Source: a virus. Taken from it: DNA of 64,000 bases. The notes beneath the pieces are model-generated. The model saw only the letters and a program-made list of their open reading frames with translations. It made no database searches and was not told where the DNA came from. A program made the position numbers and the translations under genes. Numbering within the stretch: position 1 is the first letter of the stretch; every line of letters begins with the position of its first letter. Where the stretch lies: positions 32,001 through 96,000 of the IMG/VR virus record IMGVR_UViG_3300047299_000067; one strand, written 5' to 3'. Of this stretch, positions 10,279-19,214 are shown in pieces.

Positions 10279-11581
10279 TACCTTTTGCCCTATTCCGTGG
10301 AACTTTCAAGCTATTCGCGCAAACGGTGACGTTCGTATTTGCTGTCAAGCCAACGTGACTAAGAACCAAGGTGTTATACGTAAACTAGATGGTACGGCTT
10401 ACAATGCAGGTCGTGATGATTTAGTGGAAGCCCGCAATGCCGAGCTTATGAAAATAGTTCGTAAGAATATGCTAGCAGGCGAATGGAGTGATGAATGTGG
10501 GCGCTGTAAAAGCGAAGAAGAAAACGGCCTAGTAAGTCGTCGCAGTTATGAAAACCAACAGTGGATTATGAACGTTAGTGCGGTTGCATCGGCAACTCAA
10601 GAAGATGGAACCATTGCAGTAGAAGATTTTCCTGTACATTATTATGATTTACGATTTGGTAATTTTTGCAACTTAAAGTGCAGAATGTGTGGCCCTACTG
10701 ATAGTAATGCATGGTACGACGATTGGATAGAATTAACAGGTACAAGCGAGTTTAAAGATACTAGCGGGATCATACAAATAACCAAAACCGACAAAGGATA
10801 TAGTGTGCCGCAATTCGATTGGTGCAATCATGAACCGTTTTGGGAACACTTAGAAAAGAATATGCATAATATAGAGCATGTATATTTTGCAGGTGGCGAA
10901 CCAATGTTGATAGAACGTCATTATGACTTTTTAGAACGTTGCGTAATTAGCGGTGCCGCCAAGAAGATGGTAATCGAATACAATACAAACATGAGCACGT
11001 TGCCAACTAGAGTGTTAAATCTATGGGCAAAGTTTAAACAAGTTCGTATTGGTGCAAGTGTCGATGGCATGGAAGCAGTATTAGAATATCAACGAAATCC
11101 TGCTAAATGGGATAAAGTGCTTGGAAACTTATATAAAGTTGATGCACTACCAAACAATGTTATTAGTTGGTTGGCTTTTACAGTTACGGCATATAATGTA
11201 TTGCATATGATTGACTTTATGAAGTGGAAACTAACTGAAAGCAATTTTAATCGTATTAATTCTAGCACACGCAGACCTATAATAACTTATCATGTTGCAC
11301 ATCATCCTAAACATTTAAACATTCGCGTATTACCTGCAGAATTTAAACAAGAAGTCGCGCACAGGTACGCAGAATTTTTACTTTGGATAGAACAAAGTTC
11401 TTTTAACGAGCACGTAAAACGCCATGCAAAAGAAATAGTAAATGGCGTAGTTAGTTATATGCAAAGTGATGATTACTATGATGAACACTGGCAAACATTT
11501 GTTAAATACACTGTAGAATTAGATGCAATAAGAAACGAATCTATAAAAGAAGTTGAACCGGAATTTAAAAAATACATATGA
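10271..11581 (+). CDS. radical SAM protein with N-terminal twitch/SPASM-like domain
   Basis: FCPIPW..RICC..CGRC; CNLKCRMC, AGGEP, NTN. Confidence 0.9.
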   Translation: MTNTFCPIPWNFQAIRANGDVRICCQANVTKNQGVIRKLDGTAYNAGRDDLVEARNAELMKIVRKNMLAGEWSDECGRCKSEEENGLVSRRSYENQQWIMNVSAVASATQEDGTIAVEDFPVHYYDLRFGNFCNLKCRMCGPTDSNAWYDDWIELTGTSEFKDTSGIIQITKTDKGYSVPQFDWCNHEPFWEHLEKNMHNIEHVYFAGGEPMLIERHYDFLERCVISGAAKKMVIEYNTNMSTLPTRVLNLWAKFKQVRIGASVDGMEAVLEYQRNPAKWDKVLGNLYKVDALPNNVISWLAFTVTAYNVLHMIDFMKWKLTESNFNRINSSTRRPIITYHVAHHPKHLNIRVLPAEFKQEVAHRYAEFLLWIEQSSFNEHVKRHAKEIVNGVVSYMQSDDYYDEHWQTFVKYTVELDAIRNESIKEVEPEFKKYI

Positions 11582-12303
11582 GCAAATTAATATATGAATA
11601 CGATACACTCGATTTATTGACAGGTAGTGTATTTCAAGTGACATGGGACTTGGGACGTCGTTGTAATTACGATTGCAGTTATTGCCCTGTACATAGGCAT
11701 GATAATTTTAGCCCGCATGCAACGTTAGAAGAATTAAAAAAGAACGCAGATTTTGTGTTCAAGTATATCTCGCTGTATATGAAGTATAGAAATTACAAAG
11801 AAGCAAGTATTAGTTTCACTGGTGGAGAACCAACAGTCAATCCTAACTTTATTCCTTTTATAAAATATCTAAACGAAACTTATGAAGCGAATTATAAAGA
11901 TCAATATTTTTGCTCGTTCGCGCTCACTAGTAATGGAGCTATGAGCGAAAAGATGGCCGATGCAATTGTAGATAATTTTAGTCATATTACTATTAGCTAT
12001 CATACAGAAGCAGACGAGACAATTAAAAAGAATGTGTTAGAGCGTATACAACAGATTTACGCAAAAGGCTCTATCAACCCATGTTCTGTTAGTATCAACG
12101 TTATGTTTCATGCACAATACTTCGACGAGTGTGTTAAGGTTTGTGAATTCCTTGATAGTAAGAATATTACATATGTTCCGCGTGTCATTGGCGAAGATCC
12201 TGATAGTCGACCTAGCTTCGCGCACAAATACACCGAAGCTCAAATGCAATGGATGAAAGATCATTGGGATAAGAAAAATAAAAAGGTAAACGAAAATGTC
12301 TGA
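11578..12303 (+). CDS. radical SAM core protein (no C-terminal Cys domain)
   Basis: CNYDCSYC, TGGEP, TSNG, SYH. Confidence 0.9.
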   Translation: MSKLIYEYDTLDLLTGSVFQVTWDLGRRCNYDCSYCPVHRHDNFSPHATLEELKKNADFVFKYISLYMKYRNYKEASISFTGGEPTVNPNFIPFIKYLNETYEANYKDQYFCSFALTSNGAMSEKMADAIVDNFSHITISYHTEADETIKKNVLERIQQIYAKGSINPCSVSINVMFHAQYFDECVKVCEFLDSKNITYVPRVIGEDPDSRPSFAHKYTEAQMQWMKDHWDKKNKKVNENV

Positions 12304-12730
12304 TGAAAAGAAATTAGGAATGAAAATCGGACGCCCGTGCTGTGGCGGACGAACCATGTGCTTTAGTAAGCAAGAAGAAAGCATCAAAGGTATTTTTAGT
12401 GGGCAACGCGAATTTAAAGGTTGGCATTGCAGCGTTAATTGGTTTTTCTTTCACATAGAGCAACAAACAGGTAATGTATTTCATCATCAAACTTGCCAAG
12501 CGCAATTTGGAGAAACACGAGGTCCGATTGGCACATTGCAAGACAGTGATAAGATATTAGAAGAACTAGAACGCAATTTGCAAAACCAAACAATGCCAAC
12601 GATTATCTGCCCTAAGAAAACTTGCGGTTGTGGCATGTGCGCACCAAAGAGTGCAAACAAAGAAGATTACAAGCGTGTATTCTTCCAGCATTTAAATGAT
12701 ACTTCTGTATTTAAAAACTCGGGATTGTGA
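12296..12730 (+). CDS. Cys-rich protein, probable stand-alone auxiliary Fe-S (SPASM-like) domain
   Basis: PCCGG, GWHC, HQTC, CPKKTCGCGMCAPK; overlaps preceding rSAM gene. Confidence 0.6.
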   Translation: MSDEKKLGMKIGRPCCGGRTMCFSKQEESIKGIFSGQREFKGWHCSVNWFFFHIEQQTGNVFHHQTCQAQFGETRGPIGTLQDSDKILEELERNLQNQTMPTIICPKKTCGCGMCAPKSANKEDYKRVFFQHLNDTSVFKNSGL

Positions 12731-13842
12731 TGGCAGGCGAAACAAAACACTATTGCCCTATACCTTTCCATCATATTGCTATACGCCCTGATGGTAATAT
12801 CCAACCATGTTGTTCGTACCGTTGGGAAGAAGTTCCAAAAGACTTTAATTTACAATATAAAGATTTATTTTTATCTCATCCTCATATGATCGAGATTAGA
12901 GATAAACTTCGCAAAGACAAACCTGTAGCAGGCTGCTCTCGTTGTTATGAATCCGAGCAGCTAACAGGTAAAAGTATGCGAACAGAGTACATTCAAGAAT
13001 CGCGACTAGGATTTAGCGAAGTCCCGCCCGCAGAACCCACATTAACTTATATCGACTTGGCATTGAGTAATGCATGTAACAATAGATGCAGAATGTGCAG
13101 TTACGAATTAAGTACAAATTGGTACAGCGATAGCAAAAAACTAGGCATAGAAATCCCAAGAGGTTTAATCGAATTAGACAACAACTTCGACGATATTGAT
13201 TTTTCCAAACTAACATATATCAAGCTCATTGGCGGCGAACCTTTAATGGAGCAAACTAAGTTTATTGAGATTCTAAAAAAATGCAAGCTAGACACATTAA
13301 ATGTATTGATTACAACTAATTCTACTATGCGCCCCGGTGATGAATTGTTATCATTATTGCAAGCATGTAAGAAAGTTCGTTGGAATCTGAGTATTGATGC
13401 ATATGGTGAATTTAATAACTTTCTGCGCAAAGGAAGTAAATGGGACGAAGTCGCTGCTAATCTCGATTGGTATTATAACATGTTTCCTGGGTGCATCAAC
13501 GTTAATGGAGTCGTGAGCATTTACAATTCTAATAATTTCTTCTTGTTAGTAGATTATATAGAAAGCAAGTATAAAAATATTAGAATCGCATTTAACATGA
13601 TAGACGGGCACGATTGGATGCATCCAAAGCACTTGCCCGAGCTGTACAAACAAAAAATAATAGATATTCTTAAACAACAAAGTCACCCTATTGTCAATCG
13701 TGTAATAGATGCGATCAAGCAACAAGGCGATACTAAAGAATTTATTGCGCAAGACACTAAGTTAAATCAACTTAGAACAGAAACGTGGGAAGCATACAAT
13801 CCTGAATTATATGCAATGATATATGAAGCCGGAAGTAAATAA
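12730..13842 (+). CDS. radical SAM protein with N-terminal twitch-like domain
   Basis: YCPIPF..PCC..CSRC; CNNRCRMC, IGGEP, TTN. Confidence 0.9.
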   Translation: MAGETKHYCPIPFHHIAIRPDGNIQPCCSYRWEEVPKDFNLQYKDLFLSHPHMIEIRDKLRKDKPVAGCSRCYESEQLTGKSMRTEYIQESRLGFSEVPPAEPTLTYIDLALSNACNNRCRMCSYELSTNWYSDSKKLGIEIPRGLIELDNNFDDIDFSKLTYIKLIGGEPLMEQTKFIEILKKCKLDTLNVLITTNSTMRPGDELLSLLQACKKVRWNLSIDAYGEFNNFLRKGSKWDEVAANLDWYYNMFPGCINVNGVVSIYNSNNFFLLVDYIESKYKNIRIAFNMIDGHDWMHPKHLPELYKQKIIDILKQQSHPIVNRVIDAIKQQGDTKEFIAQDTKLNQLRTETWEAYNPELYAMIYEAGSK

Positions 13843-15064
13843 TACTTTTTGTTTTTATCCATTTAGACAAATTGCTTTAAAAGATTTCCGAGGCTCGCAA
13901 TTAGAAATGGCATGGCCTTGCTGCATGATGGGCAACAAAACTTCTGTCGGCGATGATTCGGACAAATTAAAAATTCCAAATATAAATTCGATGCAACCGG
14001 ATGAAATTTTTAATCATCCTAGAATGCAACAGCTTAGAACAAATTTACTAAATGGAATTAAAGATTCTGCTTGTGAAATTTGTTGGGGACAAGAATCTAA
14101 GGGTATTAAAACTTTCAGATTCTCTTCCGAATTACACAATACTGTGATTGATTTAAAAAATCCAACACTAACTAGTATAGACATAACCAACTCCAGGGAA
14201 TGTAATTTACGGTGCAGAATGTGTTCTCCTGTTTCTAGCAATCAATTGATGAAGGATTATAAATTCTTCGAAGAACATAGTTTATTAACTAAATTCTATT
14301 CAGCAAACACCGGGCGATGGAAAAGTAATAATTCTCTTTTAAAATATTCTCCCACCGATTCTATTCAATGGGATTGGTTGATGAAAAATACCGACAAAAT
14401 TAAATATATTCAAGTTTCCGGCGGAGAACCTTTTTACGATTCTAAAACAATAAAACTAATAGATAGATATATAGAAACAGGCGCAGCTAAAGACACTACA
14501 TTGTCTTTCATAACCAATGGTACAATGTTTACTTCCGAACTAATGGAAAAACTAAATCAATTTAAAGCAAATGATCATTCAGTAAGCATAGACGGTTATG
14601 GGTTAGCTTATGAATATATACGTTATCCTTCTACATTCTCTGGTTTAGAAAAATCACTAAAAACTTTTTTAGATCTATCTACCACGAATAAAAAATTATT
14701 AACAAGCATAGTAGTAAGTTCGCTAAATGTCGCATCGTTAGTTGACTATGTTAAATGGTTAAGAGAATTTGCGCCGGGATCGACTATAATTTTTACAGAA
14801 ATTTTACCAAGCGAACGCGGGACTAGTTTATTTAGAATGCCAATCTACTTGTTACAACAAGCACTGGATCGACTTGCAATATTTGATAACAACGATAACG
14901 AAATAAACAATTTGCGGAATTTTATAGCCGCAGCCATTAAAAATAACCAAGAAGATAAACAAAAGATGTTAAATGAAATAGAACCTTTTGATTTGTCCCG
15001 AAATCAATATTTTGGCGACTTTCTAGATCCTGCACTAGTCGAATGGCTAGAACGTAAGGATTAA
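13823..15064 (+). CDS. radical SAM protein with N-terminal twitch-like domain
   Basis: FCFYPF..PCC..CEIC; CNLRCRMC, SGGEP, TNG. Confidence 0.9.
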   Translation: MKPEVNNTFCFYPFRQIALKDFRGSQLEMAWPCCMMGNKTSVGDDSDKLKIPNINSMQPDEIFNHPRMQQLRTNLLNGIKDSACEICWGQESKGIKTFRFSSELHNTVIDLKNPTLTSIDITNSRECNLRCRMCSPVSSNQLMKDYKFFEEHSLLTKFYSANTGRWKSNNSLLKYSPTDSIQWDWLMKNTDKIKYIQVSGGEPFYDSKTIKLIDRYIETGAAKDTTLSFITNGTMFTSELMEKLNQFKANDHSVSIDGYGLAYEYIRYPSTFSGLEKSLKTFLDLSTTNKKLLTSIVVSSLNVASLVDYVKWLREFAPGSTIIFTEILPSERGTSLFRMPIYLLQQALDRLAIFDNNDNEINNLRNFIAAAIKNNQEDKQKMLNEIEPFDLSRNQYFGDFLDPALVEWLERKD

Positions 15065-15067
15065 ATA
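15062..15067 (+). promoter_or_regulatory. putative late promoter core TAAATA
   Basis: TAAATA 5 nt before ATG 15073, no SD. Confidence 0.5.
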
Positions 15068-15072
15068 GTTGC

Positions 15073-15303
15073 ATGAATATAAATGATTTGTCTTTGAGAC
15101 AACTACAATTAGAAGCAGCCAGAGTAATAAGCTCTATGCCTGCAACCAACGACAACATATACAAGTTTAATCGAGCTAGCAGGCACAATAGCCAGGGTTG
15201 GTATGTTGCAGCTATTGAATGGTATGTAGCAACATACGGCGGTCTACCTAGCGAAACAGGTCCAGGTAAAGATATAAAAATGGTATACGAACAAGATGAG
15301 TGA
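15073..15303 (+). CDS. small hypothetical protein (76 aa) inside rSAM operon
   Basis: Fills the gap between rSAM genes, overlaps next start, own TAAATA. Confidence 0.7.
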   Translation: MNINDLSLRQLQLEAARVISSMPATNDNIYKFNRASRHNSQGWYVAAIEWYVATYGGLPSETGPGKDIKMVYEQDE

Positions 15304-16477
15304 TTTAAAAACAAGCGAATACGACTTCACGAAAATTCCGTATAAGGATTTAGTTAGAGTCGGACAACGGACAATGCTATACCGCGATATGTTTACCGTT
15401 AGTTGGCTACTAGGTAGATATTGTAACTATCGTTGCAGCTACTGCTGGCCATATGCTCGCAGTGATACAAAGGACCATCGCCCTACTCCTTTAATGTTAA
15501 GCACAGTAGACGAAATTAAACGACAAGCTCGTGAACGCGGTTTTAATAGTTTTCACTTTAGTTTAAGTGGCGGCGAACCAACATTTCATCCTGCTTACAT
15601 CGACATCCTCAATCATTTAAACAACGATGTAGCTAATACAAATTATACCAGTGTTCACATGACCAGTAACATGAGCCGACCGATGAAATGGTTTAAAGAA
15701 CAATATGTTCCTGCCGTTAAAAACTTCCATCGTGCTAGTATAACAGCCAGTTGTCACAGGGAACATGTCGATACGCAAAAGAAAGTAGAACAGTTTGCAG
15801 ACAAGTTAGTGTTATGTCAAGAATACGACACACAAGTGACAGTGAATCAAGTCATGGTGCCCGAACAGTTTTATGAAATATACGACTTAGCTCTTTACTT
15901 TCATGAACGCGGTATCAACGTTACACTAAAGCCGCAAAGCGATCCTACTGCAAGTAGAGTAGTAGATGGTTACACTGATGATATGTTAGAAAAGTTGCAC
16001 AACGGAATGCCGCAACGTGCATTTACTGAACAGAAAGCAGCAGTAGCAGGACTAATAGAACGTCCGAAGCCGACTTTTACTGTTGACAAAGCAGATCCCT
16101 TGCGTAAGCAACAAGCAACAACTCCTGCTCACTACCAAGTAGAGTTTATTGACAAGGATGGCAATCCGTGGTTCATGGATCAAGCAGAACGATTTAATGC
16201 ATTTAACTTTAACAACTTTAACAAGTGGGAATGTAGTAGCGGCTATCGCAGTATTATTATCCGTGAACCAGACGGAACAGTAAAGCGTAGTTATAGCTGT
16301 AGCGAAGTTCCATTGGGGCATATCGAAACCGGCTTTAAGTTATATGACAAACCGATGCCATGCGGCGGAACCAGTTGCGTGAGCAGCGCCGACAGTAAGA
16401 TTCCGAAAAGAGCACCTGGCACTAAGTTGCCTTTATTCCCGGGAGATAAAACATATGAAGATACTAGTAGCAGGTAA
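15296..16477 (+). CDS. radical SAM protein with C-terminal Cys domain
   Basis: CNYRCSYC, SGGEP, TSN; WECSSG..SC..CGGTSC. Confidence 0.9.
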   Translation: MSDLKTSEYDFTKIPYKDLVRVGQRTMLYRDMFTVSWLLGRYCNYRCSYCWPYARSDTKDHRPTPLMLSTVDEIKRQARERGFNSFHFSLSGGEPTFHPAYIDILNHLNNDVANTNYTSVHMTSNMSRPMKWFKEQYVPAVKNFHRASITASCHREHVDTQKKVEQFADKLVLCQEYDTQVTVNQVMVPEQFYEIYDLALYFHERGINVTLKPQSDPTASRVVDGYTDDMLEKLHNGMPQRAFTEQKAAVAGLIERPKPTFTVDKADPLRKQQATTPAHYQVEFIDKDGNPWFMDQAERFNAFNFNNFNKWECSSGYRSIIIREPDGTVKRSYSCSEVPLGHIETGFKLYDKPMPCGGTSCVSSADSKIPKRAPGTKLPLFPGDKTYEDTSSR

Positions 16478-17003
16478 TAGCGAATACGGCCTAGCTGCCG
16501 CAATAAAAACAACATTTGGCGACCACGACATAACTTATCTAAGCAGAGCAAGCGGCTATGATTTAACAAAAGCAGAACACCAGCAAAGGTTTGCGGAAGT
16601 TGCAGTTGACTTTGATGTTATCATTTTATCCAGTGCATTATGGAAGTTTAATCAAACTGTATTGCTAGACGTTGTATATAAGAAACTAAAAGCCGAAAAC
16701 AAAGAGCCATTGATTGTTTGTATAGGTAGCACAACCGATCGAGTAAACAAAGCGACAGACTGGTTATACAATGCCGAAAAGAAAGCGCTTAGAGATTATT
16801 GCAACAGTTTGAGCTTATCCGGCGTATGGAACAAAGGACCACGAGTAAGTTATATTAGTTTTGGCACACTAGATAATATGCAACATAAACATCCTAGCAG
16901 AAAGACTATGCCAATAGAACAGGCTGCTCAATATATCAAATGGATAATCGAGCAGCCTGTTGGGTTGCATGTAAACGAATTAAGTTTAGATCCTATACAG
17001 TGA
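16455..17003 (+). CDS. short-chain dehydrogenase/reductase-like protein (compact)
   Basis: N-terminal Rossmann ILVAGNSEYGLA, IGS, YNAEK (YxxxK). Confidence 0.7.
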   Translation: MKILVAGNSEYGLAAAIKTTFGDHDITYLSRASGYDLTKAEHQQRFAEVAVDFDVIILSSALWKFNQTVLLDVVYKKLKAENKEPLIVCIGSTTDRVNKATDWLYNAEKKALRDYCNSLSLSGVWNKGPRVSYISFGTLDNMQHKHPSRKTMPIEQAAQYIKWIIEQPVGLHVNELSLDPIQ

Positions 17004-17933
17004 TTACACTGCCATTGGTGCTTTAATAGCATCCATGCTAGTATAATCTACTAATGAAATATCGCCCATAGTAAATCCGTCGATAGTTTTTATATTCGGA
17101 TTTAACTGTAGTTTCGGTAAGGCGAGTGGAGTTCTAGAAAGTTGTTCCTTAACTTGCTCTACATGGTTCGAGTATATATGTGCATCTCCGATGGTATGCA
17201 CAAATTCTCCAACACCCAAGCCACATACTTGTGCAATCATATGTGTGAATAAACTATAGCTGGCAATGTTGAACGGGATTCCCAAGAAGAAATCCGCGCT
17301 GCGTTGATACATTTGGCAACTTAGCTTACCATTACGAACATAGAATTGTGCAAAACTATGGCATGGAGGTAATGCCATTTGATCTAACTCTCCTGGATTC
17401 CATGCAGTGAGAATATGCCTGCGATCTTCGGGATTCTTTTTAATGCCTTCGATTAAGTTTGCTAGCTGATCAACTTCTTTACATTGTAATCCACCTTGTA
17501 CACTGTATGTAGTTCCAAAGTCGTCTTTAATCGTAGTTTCTTTTGTATTTTTAATGGCTTTCCATTTGCGCCACTGTACGCCATACACTCGACCTAAATC
17601 GCCATCGTATTCCGCCTTTGGCTTCCAGTAGTCTGCTTGTGCATTAGCAGTCCATATAGTAGGTTTAAGTACTCCGTGATCAGTTCTAGCTTCTCTATTT
17701 CCATAAAGAATTTCTGCTAACCTGCGTTCATCTCCCGAGCCTTCGATGAACCACAGTAGTTCGCTAACCACACCTTTCCACGCTAGTTTTTTTGTTGTTA
17801 CTGCCGGGAATCCTTTGGTCAAATCATAACGACTTTGCATACCAAACACGCTAATAGTGCCAGTGCCAGTTCTATCTTTTGATTCGACTCCGTTGTCTAA
17901 TATAAATTGTAAATCGTGTAAGTATTGTTGCAT
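17004..17933 (-). CDS. thyA: thymidylate synthase
   Basis: DRTGTGT, ELLWF, VYGVQWR, MALPPCH, YQRSAD, GIPFNIASY, HIYSNH. Confidence 0.97.
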   Translation of the reverse strand: MQQYLHDLQFILDNGVESKDRTGTGTISVFGMQSRYDLTKGFPAVTTKKLAWKGVVSELLWFIEGSGDERRLAEILYGNREARTDHGVLKPTIWTANAQADYWKPKAEYDGDLGRVYGVQWRKWKAIKNTKETTIKDDFGTTYSVQGGLQCKEVDQLANLIEGIKKNPEDRRHILTAWNPGELDQMALPPCHSFAQFYVRNGKLSCQMYQRSADFFLGIPFNIASYSLFTHMIAQVCGLGVGEFVHTIGDAHIYSNHVEQVKEQLSRTPLALPKLQLNPNIKTIDGFTMGDISLVDYTSMDAIKAPMAV

Positions 17934-17934
17934 T

Positions 17935-18240
17935 TTATTTTTCGTCGCCGAATTGGCTTACTAACAATGTTTTGACATATTGCACAACCTTGCCTTTAAT
18001 CTTTGCGCTGTCGATAAACACTTCGATGTCTTGGATGTTGTCTTTCAAATGCTCTAGTCCCTGACTTTTAAGAACTTCGCTAGCTGTATTTAGACCAGCG
18101 AGTTCCTCTTGACTAAATTCCAAGCTATCGCCATTTTTTAACTTTAGTTGGATATGTGTAATGTATTCGATAGGAACTTCTTCCATGACCACATCTTTAA
18201 GGATTTCTTCAAACGATCTATCCTTTTTTCTGATTCCCAT
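17935..18240 (-). CDS. hypothetical protein
   Basis: Tightly packed ORF with SD. Confidence 0.7.
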   Translation of the reverse strand: MGIRKKDRSFEEILKDVVMEEVPIEYITHIQLKLKNGDSLEFSQEELAGLNTASEVLKSQGLEHLKDNIQDIEVFIDSAKIKGKVVQYVKTLLVSQFGDEK

Positions 18241-18256
18241 GACTTAACTTCCTCGA

Positions 18257-18862
18257 TTACTTTTTTTTAGGTCTGCCTCGACCTTTTTTCTCTGTAGTTG
18301 CACTAGTAGCAGGCTCTACAATAGCTTTTGTAGTTTGCGGATCTAGTGCTTCTGCTTCTGCATATAAACGCTCTGCTTCTTTACGAAAGAATGCTGCCTG
18401 GCTACGCATTTGATTTGCAATTTGGTCGTCACTTAATACGCCTGCCGGTTTAGATTCTTCTACTAACGGTTGGCTAATGTCTCCGCTTGTAGTTTTACTA
18501 GCATCGCTTACTTGCGCAAGTTGTGCATTTAAGTCGCTGAGACGAATTTGCAAATCTCTAGTAGGCATCATAGTAATACTAGTAGTAGGATACTTTTTCA
18601 ACCAGCCGCTTGCGTGCATAGCTTCTAACATAGGACGCCCGTCATGGAATGTGCTACGGGCAGCATACTTAAAGAAGTCCATGTCTTCTTGTGCGCTATC
18701 ACCTTCGACAGCACTAATAAGTCCGTCATGATAAAGTTGTGGTAAGGTTTCGGTTTCTACAACTAAGCAAGAATTTTGTTCTCCGGGTATCTCTCTAAAT
18801 ACCACAACACACTTCTTGCCAGTTGCGTCTACTTGCCCTACATGTTTAATGAATTGAGGCAT
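18257..18862 (-). CDS. hypothetical protein with C-terminal AT-hook-like RGRP
   Basis: AGGAG SD; ends KKGRGRPKKK. Confidence 0.75.
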   Translation of the reverse strand: MPQFIKHVGQVDATGKKCVVVFREIPGEQNSCLVVETETLPQLYHDGLISAVEGDSAQEDMDFFKYAARSTFHDGRPMLEAMHASGWLKKYPTTSITMMPTRDLQIRLSDLNAQLAQVSDASKTTSGDISQPLVEESKPAGVLSDDQIANQMRSQAAFFRKEAERLYAEAEALDPQTTKAIVEPATSATTEKKGRGRPKKK

Positions 18863-18874
18863 AATAGTCTCCTA

Positions 18875-19084
18875 TTATGCATCCGTTGTAGGAGCAGATT
18901 GCTCGCCGGCAGCTTGCTCTGCTTCGGCATTTGCTTTTGCAGCTTGCTCGTTAGCGTCTTTCAAGAATGATGCTAACTTTTCTGCCACTTGGCCAACAGC
19001 ACCTACTTCAAAAATGCTAAAAGTGCCACGCTTAACAGCCAACTCTACAGCGGCTAATAGTACAGATAAATCGCTAATGTTCAT
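18875..19084 (-). CDS. hypothetical protein
   Basis: AAGGAG SD, downstream of dual promoter. Confidence 0.7.
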   Translation of the reverse strand: MNISDLSVLLAAVELAVKRGTFSIFEVGAVGQVAEKLASFLKDANEQAAKANAEAEQAAGEQSAPTTDA

Positions 19085-19118
19085 AATGGTAAACTCCTTT
19101 TTGTTTTATTACCTAAAA

Positions 19119-19126
19119 TATTTATA
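19119..19126 (-). promoter_or_regulatory. T4-type late promoter TATAAATA
   Basis: Exact T4 late consensus on minus strand upstream of 19084. Confidence 0.65.
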
Positions 19127-19139
19127 GTGCATGCTCTTA

Positions 19140-19168
19140 ATTATACATTTGCATTTGCACAAAGTCAA
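19140..19168 (-). promoter_or_regulatory. sigma70-type promoter
   Basis: TTGACT-N17-TATAAT. Confidence 0.75.
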
Positions 19169-19192
19169 AAAAAAGGACTCCGAAGAGTCCTT
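19167..19192 (-). terminator. intrinsic terminator with cUUCGg tetraloop
   Basis: AAGGACTC-TTCG-GAGTCC-T8 after the vWA gene. Confidence 0.9.
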
Positions 19193-19214
19193 AAAATACT
19201 TAAAGGAGATTTTA

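Noticed and set aside
17004-17933. Intron or intein in thyA (also considered for polB)
   Set aside because: Both frames are continuous, with only short insertions and no intein or homing-endonuclease motifs
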